From positions 12,710,001 to 12,774,000 of the forward strand of contig OX597814.1 in the NCBI GenBank assembly GCA_951406725.2: DNA of 64,000 nucleotides. Reading direction: 5' to 3'. Source of the stretch: Octopus vulgaris (Eukaryota). The notes under the pieces were generated by a model that was given only the letters and a program-made list of their open reading frames with translations, did no database searches and was not told the DNA's origin. The first letter of the stretch is position 1. Each line of letters begins with the position of its first letter. The position numbers were made by a program, and so were the translations under genes. This document shows positions 1 through 13,059 of this stretch, piece after piece.

Positions 1-882
1 TCGTAAGTAATGACATCCTTTGAGAAAGAGGGAAAAACCGCCTCGTCGAAACAAAACTCCGGAAGAAAACCAAAACTTTCGGAATGGGACCGTCGGACTC
101 TAACGCGAATTGTTATAAAGGAGCACGAAAGTACTGCTCCCAAAATTACTTCAGATCTTGATAACCCCCTCGAGAACCCAGTTTCCACTAAGAATGGTCG
201 CCTGGAGCTGCACAAAGCCGGATTTCACGGAAGGGCTGCAATCAGAAAACCACTACTTTCAAAACAAACATTGCAAAGCGTTTAGAGTGAAGTAAAAACC
301 TACAGAATTGGTCCCTAGAGTAATGGAAAATGTTATTTTCTCAGACGAGTCATCCTTTACCTTATTTCCGACCACCGGTGACCGAGTATACTCCGAGTAT
401 ACGCGTGGAGACAGCAAAAAAAAAGCATTTGACCCATACTGCCTTCTTGCAACTGTTAAACATGGCCCACTGGTTTCCCTTCATGGTAGAATTTTAGTCA
501 AGATTATTTAAGAATTTTGTCTGATCAAATTCACCCTATATTTGCAGAACTGTTCTCGGAGGGAAATACAATCTTTCAGCACTAACTTACATAGCTAAAA
601 TTGTTACTGAATGGTAGGAAGAGCATTCTAGTGAACTTAACATCTTATCTGGCCTCCACAGTCCCCAGACCTCAATATATTTGAACATTTATATTACATT
701 TTAGAAAAACAAGTAATGAGTCGATATCCTCCGCCAACATCACTACAAGAACTGGAGACAGTTTTAGCTGGAGAATGGATAAAAATTCCATTGGAAATAA
801 TTCAAATTTTGTAGGAGTCCATAGCTCGTAGAATTCAAACTGTGTTCCTACCCATATTAAAATAAATTTGTTTGAAATTTTA
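1..882 (+). mobile_element. Tc1-family DNA transposon remnant (frameshifted transposase, begins before the window)
   Basis: ORF 10-285 has the Tc1 HTH region (GRKPKLS..DRR..R; GFHGRAAIRKPLLS). ORF 308-511 has VIFSDESSF (first catalytic D). About 649-690 reads WPPQSPDLNIFEHL (D34E region). Confidence 0.9.
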
Positions 883-1151
883 GCATCAATAGAAGATCAT
901 GATATACATCTTATTTGACAAACCATATAAGAAAGTGGAACGATGCTCTAAATTAAATGATATAGTTATGTTATATAAACAAACATACATTGATACAATA
1001 TACCTCATTGTATTACTCTACCTATTGATGTATGTGTTTGTAAGTTTTGACTATATTTCTCCATTATCAAAATTTTATCCAACAATAACTTGAGTACATA
1101 AATAACAGAGAATCACCATTTACTCTCCTCTGGAGGTTTAATATTTTTCAA

Positions 1152-1274
1152 AAGTACAGCTCCCAAAATTACTACAGAGCTTAATGACCACCTCGAGAAC
1201 CCAGTTTCCACAAAAACTGTTCGTCGAGTGCTGCACAAAGCCGGTTTTCATGGTAGGGCTGCAATCAGAAAACC
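1152..1274 (+). mobile_element. Second short fragment of the same Tc1 element
   Basis: Diverged direct copy of about 129-251 (aagtac.gctcccaaaattact ... agggctgcaatcagaaaacc). Confidence 0.85.
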
Positions 1275-2534
1275 GTCTTAATATATGAAAGGTCAAGGGC
1301 CATTTGTAACTGTTGCAATGAATTTCACATTCGGAAAAAAAAAAATCATTTGACTATTGCGTCATGTAATTATATGTTCTCGCTATCTAACTTCATGTTT
1401 ATTTTCATATCCATATGCATTAGGGATTCCCTTAAAACATGACTGTTTCGTGTCAAATCACGGGGCAGTTGACAGTGACTTTTCTTCCAGTCATTCGTTA
1501 AGTTATCAACCATTTGCATTCAAGGAAACTCTATATCATAGCAGTCACTATAAAATATGTTGTAATGGTTACTCAGTGACTCGGTGGTAGAGTGAAGTTA
1601 GTCAAAATCAAGTTCATAGATGTCGAATTATTGCAAGGTTCATTCTCAACTGTGTTTAATTAATTGTATATACAGGGTTTGTTTTCTTTCACGTCGTCCT
1701 TGATCATATTTAGTACTTCATATACGTTTCTGCTTTTCTCATCAATAGTGGTGTAATTTTCCCAATTCTTGGTTCACTGATTCGAGTATAATGGTACAAA
1801 ATTGCCTGTTGTTATGCAGAGTTAATTATTTCTCAACGAATAAATACGTCAAAATTTGTGTTGTATAAGAAACCACTGTAAGGGAAATTAGCATGATAAT
1901 TTCTCTCATTGGGAATATTGAGAGCAAAACACCCTAGCGTCGCCTATTTGTTGGCATGTCATACTAATTGTAACACTCAAATCTATCACTGCAATCTGAA
2001 GGAAAATACCTCCTCGGTATTGTAACAGCAAAGCTTGCAAGTCGGTTTCTTTCTATTTTAAATGGACATTTAGAAGTTAAGCATCCTTTTGTTACAGCAC
2101 ACAGATTTTAATGAGGCTGGGCCTCAATTATTTCTAGTGGCATCATATTGAACATATGAAAATGTTTAATGAAATCATGTATCACATGATATAATATACT
2201 ATTGCTTTATCTATCGGAAGGGTATACATTTATTTGTACTTTTAGTAAAAAGAGGACTGTCAGCTCCATGATACAGAAAGTCGCTTTGAGATTTTTGAAT
2301 AATAAATGGTTGCTACCTTGGCTGGATGCCTAATCTCAATAACTGTTTATGAACCGTGAGAGAAGAGGGAACCGGTAGCCAGACTGGAGTGGATGTGTCT
2401 GAGATAAAACAGCTAAAGCCATTCAACGATCGAGAAGCGGTGTTACAGCTTGTAATATTTAAGTTATCACCAACCGGGAGAATGCATCATATATCGGTTT
2501 CAAATTATGGGAGAAGGCCAATAATTTCGAGGGA

Positions 2535-2626
2535 GGGGTAAATCACTTAAATCGACCCCGGTGTTAAACTGCTGCTTGCTCAGCAGTTTACCCGGATCGC
2601 TAACGTTTGCGCCAGCCCGCCGTCTT
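2535..2626 (-). mobile_element. Degenerate, internally deleted SINE fragment (family C)
   Basis: atcgacccc and gctaacgtttgcgccagcccgcc match parts of the copies at 6525-6940. Confidence 0.5.
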
Positions 2627-2974
2627 AATATATTTATTGTAACAATAAACTTTTGAATAAATATATATTCAACCTGTGCATTAAAATACTACTGATATTT
2701 TAAATTATAGGTAGAATCAAATTGTTCCACAACATTATGTAAACATGGAACCGGTTGTGGTTATTTTCATCTCACTTTTGAAGAATGGATTGAATGCGGG
2801 CGACTATTTGGAAGTAAGTTTATTTCATATTTGTTATTTCTCTGAAATTTTCTCATAAAATATTAAAGAAAATAATACTCAATAAAATTAATAAAATAAA
2901 GAAAATAATATTCAATAATTCCATAAATGCTTTGAAATTACCAGGCAGAAATGGTTTGTGGAAATCGAAACTTC

Positions 2975-3189
2975 AAATTACATTATTTACATTATATGCA
3001 TTTTACAGATATTTGTCCTCATCTTTTTTGTTGTTAACACAACGTTTCGGCTAATATACCTCCCAGCATTCGTCGGTTGTCTTGGGGCATAGGCGTAGTG
3101 GTTAAAAGCGCGTTATACTCACCCGAAAGATTCCGAGTTCGATTCTAGGCAGTGACCCGAACAACAACAACAACAACAACAACAATAGC

Positions 3190-3223
<34 letters not shown>

Positions 3224-3392
3224 TTCAAAAAATACCTTACGAATGAGAACCCAGGATCGAAATTTCCCCAAGACACCTGATGAATGCTGGAGGGTATATC
3301 AACCGAAACGCCGTGTTAACAAACAAGATGAATACGAATATCCGTCAAATGTTTATTATGTACATAATTCCTCGTCTCTGAAATATAGAACT
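2975..3392 (+). mobile_element. Composite non-autonomous element: inverted hammerhead arm + tRNA-like head + (CAA)n(TAA)n + hammerhead-bearing PLE-like end
   Basis: About 3003-3087 is the reverse complement of about 3266-3350. A-box-like ggcgtagtggtt (3092) and B-box-like gagttcgattc (3135) lie between the arms. Confidence 0.7.
3272..3317 (+). ncRNA. Type I hammerhead ribozyme motif (partly degenerate; mirror copy on the - strand at about 3036-3082)
   Basis: GACAC-CTGATGA-atgctggagggtatatcaacc-GAAA-CG-CC-GTGTT, with stem I ACAC/GTGT. The inverted copy keeps GAAACGTTGTGTT but its core reads CCGACGA. Confidence 0.7.
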
Positions 3393-4099
3393 CTATTTTC
3401 AAATTAATTCTATATTTCTTTAGTTACAACGGGCATCAAAAGAGGTAGACTTTCTTAGCTTTGCACTATTTTTCTAAAAAAAACAAAAAACATACATCCT
3501 CTCCAAATTATATTAAGGAGAGAGAATTTAGCTCATATTTTTAATGCTATTAAAAATCCTATCAATGTTCTGTACAAATATACTGTCTGGAAGTTGTCAG
3601 GAGAAAGCGTCACGACAAAGAAATCTCAGTCTCAGCTGGATTAATTTTACTCGTTATACACTGCCTTGCGTGTGAAGCTTCATAACATTGCTCCATAACA
3701 TTGTTTTGTTAAGAAATGGCTCTTGGGATTTTTCGAATAATAGTGTTTGTGAAAAATTTATACTAAGATACCTCTTAGTAATTTCTAGTGTAATTTAATA
3801 ACTGCTTCCTTTTCTTTAGTTTATTCACCATGCTAAATATAATGATGAAGTCATTATTGTGACTTCATCATTTATCACATCTTATACGAACATGTTTTCA
3901 TAAAATATCAACGATTTTTAAGGGCAATTTGGAAATCTGTTATGATATCGAACACATATATGCTGCCATGACAGAATTTCCTAAGCATAATTCATATGAA
4001 AACTTGATACGCAATAGGATTGGAAATATTTCCTGCTGGAAATAAGGACCAGTGTAGATTGGAAATGGTTATGTGAAGGTAAACATTTGTTTCTCTACT

Positions 4100-4735
4100 A
4101 GGTGCAGGAGTGGCTGTGTGGTAAGTAGCTTGTCTACCAACCACATGGTTCCGGGTTCAGTCCCACTGCGTGGCACCTTGGGCAAGTGTCTTCTTCTATA
4201 GCCTCGGGCCGACCAAAGCCTTGTGAGTGGATTTGGTAGACGGAAACGGAAAGAAGCCCGTCGTATATATGTAAAGGGTAAAGACCCCCTTCGGTCATGA
4301 ATGACCATGGGATTGCACCTAGAAAGTTACCCTCCTAGACACAAGTCCGGGCAAAGTTGTTTATGGAAGACCAGCAGTCGCCCATGCATACCAGCCTTCC
4401 CTCTCCACGCCACTGATGTTATCCAAGGGAAAGACAAAGGTCGATATAGCTTGGCACCAGTGACGTCGCAACTCATTTCTACAGCTGAGTGGTCTGGAGC
4501 AACGTGAAATAAAGTGCCTTGCTCAAGAACACAACACGCAGCCCGGTCCGGGATTCGAGCTCACAACCTCACGATCGTAAGCTCGACGCTCTAACCACTG
4601 ATCCGGTTCGGCAAAAGAGACCGATAGAATAAGTACTGGGCTTACAAGATAATAAGTCCCGGGGTCGAGTTGCTCGATTAAAGGCGGTGCTCCAGCATGG
4701 CCGCAGTCAAATGACTGAAACAAGTAAAAGAGTAA
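4100..4735 (+). mobile_element. tRNA-derived SINE family A, interrupted by a second SINE
   Basis: Head tggctgtgtggtaag...gggttcagtccc, body ggcaccttgggcaagtgtctt, tail gactgaaacaagtaaaagagtaa. The same family occurs at 22378, 30680, 35995 and 47515. Confidence 0.9.
4273..4600 (-). mobile_element. tRNA-derived SINE family B nested in family A
   Basis: Minus strand starts tcagtggttagagcgtcg...gtgagctcgaatcccgg (A/B boxes), followed by ttcttgagcaaggcacttt. Homologous to 6985-7275. Confidence 0.85.
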
Positions 4736-5749
4736 TACTCAGTACGCACAATATATTTGCATAGAATCATATAAGTCAATAATTTGAGTGTTATTCGTAT
4801 CTTTGGGAAGGGCATTAGCCTTGCATGTGAAAAAAAAACACCGAGAGGTTATCTGTAAGTTTCTTTTATTGGGTATTTATTCTCTTGCTTATTTCTGATA
4901 AGAACGCTGAAGAAAATCCAAAATAATTAAATCGCTTATATTATTTTGTTACCTCTGTGTTATCCCTCCAGCAAAAAGATCATAGACGGTTATATCTTAG
5001 CAATCGATATTAAGTAAAGGTCATATGTATTCGATTTTATGTATTTGTGTTTAAATCTGAGCTACCTATAAATATAGATTTATGAGGAAATTCTGGTTCA
5101 TCTTCAAAACGTAGGTGTACAGTTGCTCCATCATGAGATATGTGGTTAAAAAGGTGTTGCGACATTCATGAATTTTTCATGGAAAATAACAATGTAAATG
5201 AAGAAAAATTTCCTCAACTGGGAATCGAAAATCCATCGCAAAATTGGCTCCCTGGAAGCTCACATGTGTATTTTATTATTTATTAACTGGAAAAATTTAG
5301 ACACTACTTACTTTCTTCCACTTAAGTGCGTTTCATACTTTCACAATGAAAATAAATATTACACGCAATCAAATATTATTGATTGTATAAATTAAATAAA
5401 TGTTTGTTTCCAAGTAAAGTGGTATTTGAGAATGATAAAATATTTTACAAGCAAGTGGCCTACGTCTATAAAGCATTTTAAATGTAATTTCATTAAGAGG
5501 GAAAACAAAAACTTTTCAGTTCAGAGATATTTTCTGCCTCAGTAAATATGAAACTACCATAAAAATATAATGTAACTTATAGACAAATAGTAACATATTG
5601 TTGCTATAGCTGCAGGAAGACATTATGATATTACATATAACAGTAATATTTATCCAACTATTAATTGATTCTTTGGTAAAGTACAGCTTGCTTTAAAAAT
5701 ACACATATACATGCATACACTACAAGACACGCAAACACAAACGCACACC

Positions 5750-6041
<292 letters not shown>

Positions 6042-6524
6042 TGTCTTTAGATAAATTTCTGTTAGAAGAGCATTGCTTTTTCATGGATACATCTCTTCCC
6101 GATGTCTAAATTCTATTCCAGTGAAATATAAGAAGAAACATTGTTTCTTCACATGAAGTCTTCGGCTGAAAATGTCTTGCGACTTGTTAATTTTCGTGGA
6201 TGTTATAGTTCAAATAGGTCATGTACTCAATAAGGAAATGAGATTTTTATGCAATATTTACATATCGTTATACTATATCTCATATATATTACAATAAAGT
6301 TGTAAGAATGAGAATTAAATAAATTGGAGGTTAATATGAATGAATAAGTTAAATAGCATCCATTGTTACTCAATGGATATAATATAACCTGTGTCTTGCG
6401 TGTGAGTATTTCTAGTAATAACTTACATTGAAGCATGGGTGTTAATTTATATTACATACTCACTCACACACAAGAAACAAATACACACAGCATATACACA
6501 CTTGCATTCTTGTAGTCATACACC

Positions 6525-6940
6525 TATTTCTTTATTACCCAAAAGGGGCTAAACACAGAGCGGACAAACAAGGACAGACATAGGTATTAAGTCGATTACA
6601 TCGACCCCAGTGCGTAACTGGTACTTAATTTATCGACCCCGAAAGGATGAAAGGCAAAGTCGACCTCGGCGGAATTTGAACTCACAACGTAACGCAGACG
6701 AAATACCTGTTTCTTTATTACCCACAAGGGGCTAAACACAGAGGGGACAAACAAGGACAGACATAGGTATTAAGTCGATTACATCGACCCCAGTGCGTAA
6801 CTGGTACTTAATTTATCGACCCCGAAAGGATTAAAAGCAAAGTCGATCTCGGGCGGAATTTGAACTCACAACGTAACGCAGACGAAATACCGCTAAGCAT
6901 TTCTCCCGGCGTGCTAACGTTTCTGCCAGCTCACCGCCTT
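6525..6940 (-). mobile_element. tRNA-derived SINE family C (Meta-domain-like core), partial tandem dimer
   Basis: About 183-bp direct repeat (6525-6705 and 6708-6888) plus one full head to 6940. The core on the - strand is gcctttcatcctttcggggtcgataaattaagtacc. Flanked by tagtcata(c/t)acc at 6513 and 6941. Confidence 0.9.
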
Positions 6941-6984
6941 TAGTCATATACCAGCTCTTGTAGTCATATACCAATGTGAAAAGT

Positions 6985-7275
6985 GGAGATCCCTTCGGTA
7001 TTGAATGAACATAGGATTGCAACTAGAAAGTTTCCTTCCGAGGAACAAGTTCGGGCAAAATTGAGGACGGCCAGCAGTTACTCTTGTATACCAGCCTCCC
7101 CTCTTCACGCCACTGATATTATCTAACGGAAAAGCAAATGTCGATACAGATTGGTACCAGTGACGTCGCAACTCATTTCTAAAGCTCAGTGAACTGGAGC
7201 AACATGAAATAAAATGTCTTGCTCAAGAATACCTCACACAGCTCGGTCTGGGTATCTAACCCACTACCTCATGTT
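6985..7275 (-). mobile_element. SINE family B, diverged copy
   Basis: Colinear similarity to 4273-4600 (cccttcggt, gtgacgtcgcaactcatttcta, cttgctcaagaa). Confidence 0.85.
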
Positions 7276-7392
7276 TGTGAATCTTCACATGTACCTATGT
7301 ACAAGTGTTACGATAGTCCTAATTAGGACTATTTTAATACTTGTTACAACTGGTTTCTTTTGTGTTGTGGAGTCGTTTGATGTCATCTTGTG

Positions 7393-7773
7393 GAGGCGCA
7401 ATGGCCCAGTGGTTAGGGCAGCGGACTCGCGGTCGTAGGATCGCGGTTTCGATTCCCAGACCGGGCATTGTGAGTGTTTATTGAGCGAAAACACCTAAAG
7501 CTCCACGAGGCTCTGGCAGGGATGGTGGTGATCCCTGCTGTACTCTTTCACCACAACTTTCTCTCACTCTTACTTCCTGTTTCTGTTGTACCTGTATTTC
7601 AAAGGGCCGGCCTTGTCACTCTCTGTGTCACGCTGAATATCCCCGAGAACTGTGTTAAGGGTACACGTGTCTGTGGAGTGCTCAGCCACTTACACGTTAA
7701 TTTCACGAGCAGGCTGTTCCGTTGATCGGGACAACCGGAACCCTCGTCGTCGTAACCAACGGAGTGCTTCCCC
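7393..7773 (+). mobile_element. tRNA-derived SINE family D, full length with 15-bp target-site duplication
   Basis: Head tggcccagtggttagggcagcggactcgcg...ggtttcgattccc. TGATGTCATCTTGTG occurs at both 7378-7392 and 7774-7788. Confidence 0.92.
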
Positions 7774-9049
7774 TGATGTCATCTTGTGCTGTGAATTTCT
7801 GTCATTAGATAGTAGCGCACTGATGTAAAATATATGAAAATTAATAAGTAGTATTTAAACACTCTGTACTCTTTGAATCTGTTGGGTACATTCCAATCTG
7901 TTGGGTATTCGTCTGTTGTGAATCCGGTCTCGATTATGGACATGTGTAGAGGTTGGATTGTTGTGTCGATAAAGACATTCGAATAGCAATTATATGGCTT
8001 TAGCACTAAAGTTTCTTTTTACCCTCTTTTTCCCATTCTTAATATTCACCCCAATCATACATAAGTAATAATAATAATTAATCGATTTTCTTTATCTCTA
8101 ATTTCTCAGAATTGTGAATAGGTATCAGGGACCTCTGTGGAAAGTGACTTTTGTAAAAGAGGCTAAGTATGAAGTGCTGTATTATTCCTTGATCAATTAA
8201 CATCATAAAAAGAATACAATGATATCGCGATTCGACGGATTAGGAATAAACCAGTTCAGTATAAAGCGCCAATCTCCATATTTAGATTACTTGCTAAAGA
8301 AATAGAGATGTTAAATTAAATACGCCGTATTTGTCAATTTTCTCCTTTATATATGCAAGATTAGAATATTGATTTTCAAATAAAAGCATATAGAAAAGAT
8401 TATTAATATTCAGGAATTACTAGCGCACGAGAACTGAAGTACATAGTGCACAGAAGAGAAAGTAGGCCGTGAACTCGGCCGACGTGTTTGTAAATGAAAC
8501 ATAAATGAGATATTAAATGTTTCGTACCATGAAACGATAATATGTTTTTTATCTCTAGTAAGATGGAAAGAGACGAAAGCTATTAACAAAAGTAATTTAT
8601 TTAAACACCTTAGGTTAATTGCACGATTACAATCTGCATAATTTTATTTGTTTGTAAATGAAAGGCGAACTACATTGAAGATTTTAACATGATGATTAAA
8701 CAATGAACATTAATGGCTATATTGTTGTATAGGTCTTCGCGCATTGGAAAAATCGAAAGCTAATCATCCTGGGAAACTACATCCAATAGTTTTAGTTACT
8801 ATCGAAGAAAAAAAGCCCTCTTCAGCCTCTCCCTTTATCGTTTGCTTTCCCTTCCGCTATATATCTCTTCAGCAAGCTAAATCTGATAGTCGGTCAGTCG
8901 GTCGGTCGGTAGGTCGGTAGGTCGGTTGGTCGGTGGGCCTTTTGGTCGGTCGGCTGCTCGTTCGCCCGCTCGTTCGCTTGTTTGTTCGCTCGCTCATTCA
9001 CTCCCCAGTGGACGTACAGACATCTAATCGCACTCAAATTTCACTATCT

Positions 9050-10500
9050 TATACGTGATGCAGACATCCATTAAAAGCAATCTCAGCCAACGCCTCGAAT
9101 TTCACTCTTTCCTTCAGGAACACATGTGTTTTATTCTACTATAGACTTACTCGCCCATGTCAATTACATTTAGGATCAGGCATTCTAAACATTTAGTGAA
9201 ATCAATCAGTGTTATATCATTGAGATTCGTCACATTTTCGAATTTGATTGGTACGAGAAGCTTCAGAACACAACCATGCGTGCTATGCATCCTTATCTAT
9301 CATCGAAAGTAAGCTTCCACTCAGCTCATACTATTTCAACTAGTGCATATGGTGGTCACTCTGGTCAAGCTCTATGAAACGTTGTTGACACCTGGTTCAG
9401 TTTTGTTATACATCGACTTACTTGCTATTATTTCTGAGAACGTCCAATCCTACATATATGATACTAACATTTCAGCTTTACTCATTTTCTAAACTTAAGA
9501 ATTATCTATATATATCTTAGACACCCAGGTGGAATTGGACTGACTGCATGAACACGTACCTCTAAATTTTCCTCGAAGGGATCATGTTCAAATTGTTACC
9601 TACTACTGTAAAAAACCAGTTCTCAAAACAAGAAATCACCGTCCCAAAACAAGAGCAGCAAATAACATGACCCCCACGCATTCTCTTCAGTTGTTAGACC
9701 TCTCGTCGATATTACTCATAATCTTTTCTGACAAAGATCTTTACCTTAGCTAAAACTCTATCGTAAATGTGGCCTAACATTTCTTTAATAGAACATTATT
9801 CATGCACGAACTAACGACAAAACTAAAACGAGATTCAACTGGATTACTACTTTCACGTTGTTGACATTCAAGTATCCATGATCGTATCCACAAAGACAGA
9901 ACTCCAATGTTTTGAATTGAAAATCACTCCCTATAGCGCAGTGCAATCTCCTTGCTACAGACGTGTTGTATCTTTCGTTTTCCTTTATAGTGCTCTAACA
10001 ACAGCCTCTTCTCTACAAAGCTGGTTAGTCGCGTGATATCTCTACTCAAACATTCACAATGTATTAATTTCTCCCCCTCGTAAATACCCTCCACTGATTT
10101 ATTGCTTATGTCATCGCACTGAACATTCCCATTCCCTGATTTAATTATTAAGCGAAGATAGTTGGTCTTCCGGCATTTCCTCAACGCATGTTCACCTTGT
10201 ATAATTTGTCACGACAAGAGTTAATAGCATAGATCTCACATGTCTCATACATTAAGCAATGCCTGTATGGTTTTCAAGCCCTGGTAACATGCACGTGTCT
10301 TCTTTATATAACTATTACATTCTTTCGGATTAATGTAACTAACATTGGACGACCATTATTCGATCTCTTTACATTGATTAATTTATCATAGTAATTGGTT
10401 GTGTTCTTATTAATCGCTACTTGTTATTAAATGACATGTTCAGGCCATTCTGATCTTCGGATATTTATCTTGTTTGCACGAACAATTTTTCTAATGGAAT
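9050..10500 (-). mobile_element. Highly decayed LINE (possibly Rex1/Babar-like); boundaries approximate
   Basis: Minus-strand peptide remnants LND..TLIDFTKCLECLIL (about 9170-9230) and RLLLMDV (about 9060-9088) resemble the RT-region motifs LNDYRPVALT..MKCFERLV and RMLFIDFSSAF, at plausible spacing. Confidence 0.4.
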
Positions 10501-10804
10501 CGATTCTAATGTCATCACCAGAAGCAGTCTCATACATCAATGTCTAAGTAATTTTGTTGTCTGATGATGTTGAATATTCGCGACGAAATATAAGATTTTC
10601 CCCGAAACATTTACTTGGTCAGTTGGCACAAGTAATTATGGCAGAGCATAAATAGATGTTTATTATTGACTCATTGCAGTTCAAATATGTGGCCACAAGA
10701 GAATATATTTCTTCTGTGTACTTTAGTGAATCAGTAAATATTATGAGTAGCAATACTTGCATACCAATATCCACGAAGAGACTATGTGCAACTATACATG
10801 AATG

Positions 10805-10808
10805 TATC

Positions 10809-10883
<75 letters not shown>

Positions 10884-10910
10884 CTCTCTCTATCTATCTA
10901 TCTATCTATA
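10805..10910. repeat. (CTAT)n microsatellite
   Basis: Directly visible. Confidence 0.97.
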
Positions 10911-11014
10911 CGTATGTATATATGTATACATGTATGTATAAATACATACATGCACACACACGCACACACAAACACAAACAGACAGACAGAGAGACAGATA
11001 CACACATTTATGCA

Positions 11015-11700
11015 TACGGTGTATCCTACAAAGTTATACACACATTAAATGATCATAAACCCGTTACTTATTATTCTACATTTAATTTTTGATACCTAAT
11101 AGAATCTACAGACGGAAATTATTTTTCAATTAATACTTTGTTTAATTAATACTTTGTTTCACACTGACAAAGCGATGCAAAGTAATCGCTAAAAGACACT
11201 TCACTCTGCAGTCGTGTATGTTTTCACTAACTGGCTCTCCTCAATTCTTTGGCTGCTATCGGTTTTGTACTGTAAATTTCACCTCATAAAATCGTCATTT
11301 GGTGTGAAGTGCGGTGAACGTGGAGAGTATTCTACCAAACGTTCCTGTACAACCCAATGGTTTGGCAAAATTCCCGCGAAGTAGCCCCTTACAACACCAT
11401 GCTAAGATGTCGTCTTGCTATAAATTAAAGTCTCATCGCCAAAAGGCTTCTGCGTGCTTGGCATGAGAAATGGTCATAGCAACTGTAATAGAACAAAAGA
11501 TTGCTGGAGTTAATCATTTTCATGACACGCCGCACAGTACTGTAATTCTTCATGACTTAACCGGATGTTCCTCCTCATTATGCGGGCTTTCAAATCCTCT
11601 TCAGATGCAACAGTGGCGTCATCTTCACAGAGGGCATGGACTAGCCTAGGAATGTAACTTTTTGAATGACTTCGCTTCTAAATACAATAGACATTTGGTC
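11015..11700 (-). mobile_element. Decayed Tc1/mariner-superfamily remnant
   Basis: Minus strand at about 11285-11336 reads VEYSPRSPHFTPNDDF (resembles WPPRSPDLTPLDF). TA-cggtgtatcctacaaagtt at 11015 looks like a terminus. Confidence 0.4.
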
Positions 11701-12472
11701 TTGCTCCCATTTCCCGAGTCTTTTGCAGCGCAGATTTTTTTGATCTCGTGCAATACCTGTTTTACATTTACTGGCCTCGTTGATAACTACTGCAATAATA
11801 CATACGTTGTATTGAAATGTGTTAAATTGTAAAATGCTATTAGATAAGAAATACAAGGTTTCGAAGAGAAGTGCACAAATTACTCCTCAATTCTGTGGCT
11901 ACTAAGGTGGTTCAAATGTATGCGAAGCAATGCAAGAACACAGTCATGTTCTACAAAATAAACAATTCGTAGCATAGTTCGGAAGATAGGGAAAACTGAG
12001 GTGGCACGCGAGAAATAAAATGAATGTTATTTTTTTTTACGAACATGTAAAAAGAAATAGACAAAAATCAAGTAATTTTTTAAACAGGTATGCATGGTCT
12101 ATCGTGCAGCGAAATTATGGAAGTGATACACATACTAGAGGTGAGGTCGGAACTAGACTACATCTACAACAGTAATTATGAAAAGTATAACATCAGCCTT
12201 ACTGGTAGTATGGAAGAATCTTAAATAATTGGTTTTTCCAATCTAGTCAGAAGGCACAATAATAAGAGAAGTGGATTATCCGAACCATTAGAACAGTACA
12301 TTAAGTTATCTCGGATGGATGGATACATTAAATTATCTATCCCAGATGAATTCAAAACGTAGCTAGTTCGAACACATGCTGCGAAGCACTTTTACTGATG
12401 AACTAATGATTTTACAGATTTAATGCCCACAGATCAGAAATAGATCAGGGCCATCGCACTCATCCAAACAAA

Positions 12473-12844
12473 TCTCTCTATATATAAACGGCAGTTTGTC
12501 TGTGTGTGTTTCTGTGTGTCTGTTAGGTTGTACCCTCACCCTGACCACGGCTTTCAACCGATTCTGATGAAACTTGACACACACATAGCCCAATGTCATA
12601 ATTCAAAACTAACGCAGCGAAAATTTTGAAACGTTCCCCCAGTTCTGAAAAAAATCGATAAATTCGACATGGGGTCGAGAATCAGAAATACAAACCACAG
12701 ACTGTCTAGGGGACACAACTCGACCTTTTTAACTAAAAAAAAAATTTACCATAATTTTTTTTCCATTTTTTGGCTATAACTCTCTAAAAATGCTTTATAG
12801 TTATTTCCCTTACAAACCCGAGCAACGCCGGGCGATACTGCTAG
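12473..12844 (+). mobile_element. Non-autonomous Helitron, apparently complete
   Basis: 5' TC(TCTCTATATATAAA), subterminal hairpin CCCGagcaacgcCGGG, 3' CTAG, inserted between A and T with no TSD. Confidence 0.85.
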
Positions 12845-13059
12845 TTCATAATAAATAGGAAGATGTTGAAATAGCCAAAAGGAAATATAACAACACGTCT
12901 GAATGTGAACGATATAATATAAAATAATTGCTACATAAATGAGTAGACATATACGTACACACATGCATATGCGGTGCATGAATAACTACTCACGTAAAAA
13001 CATGTATATCTACAAGCAAACACAAACATACACACATGGGTGCATATGGGTGTATGTAT

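Noticed and set aside
7393-7465. tRNA-like heads (also 3085, 4100, 43740, 51657, 62373) as tRNA genes
   Set aside because: A/B boxes are present, but there is no complete cloverleaf and each continues into a repeat body, so these are SINE heads.
8843-8877. Minus-strand CTGAAGA...GAAA (similar case at 11585-11606)
   Set aside because: No credible stem II, stem III or NUH site.
10555-10597. CTGATGA-T-GTTG...CGAC-GAAA-TATA hammerhead-like string
   Set aside because: Stem II is plausible but no stem I pairing is present. Could be chance.
12564-12572. CTGATGAAA in the Helitron
   Set aside because: The core halves overlap with no stem II. It is ordinary Helitron internal sequence.
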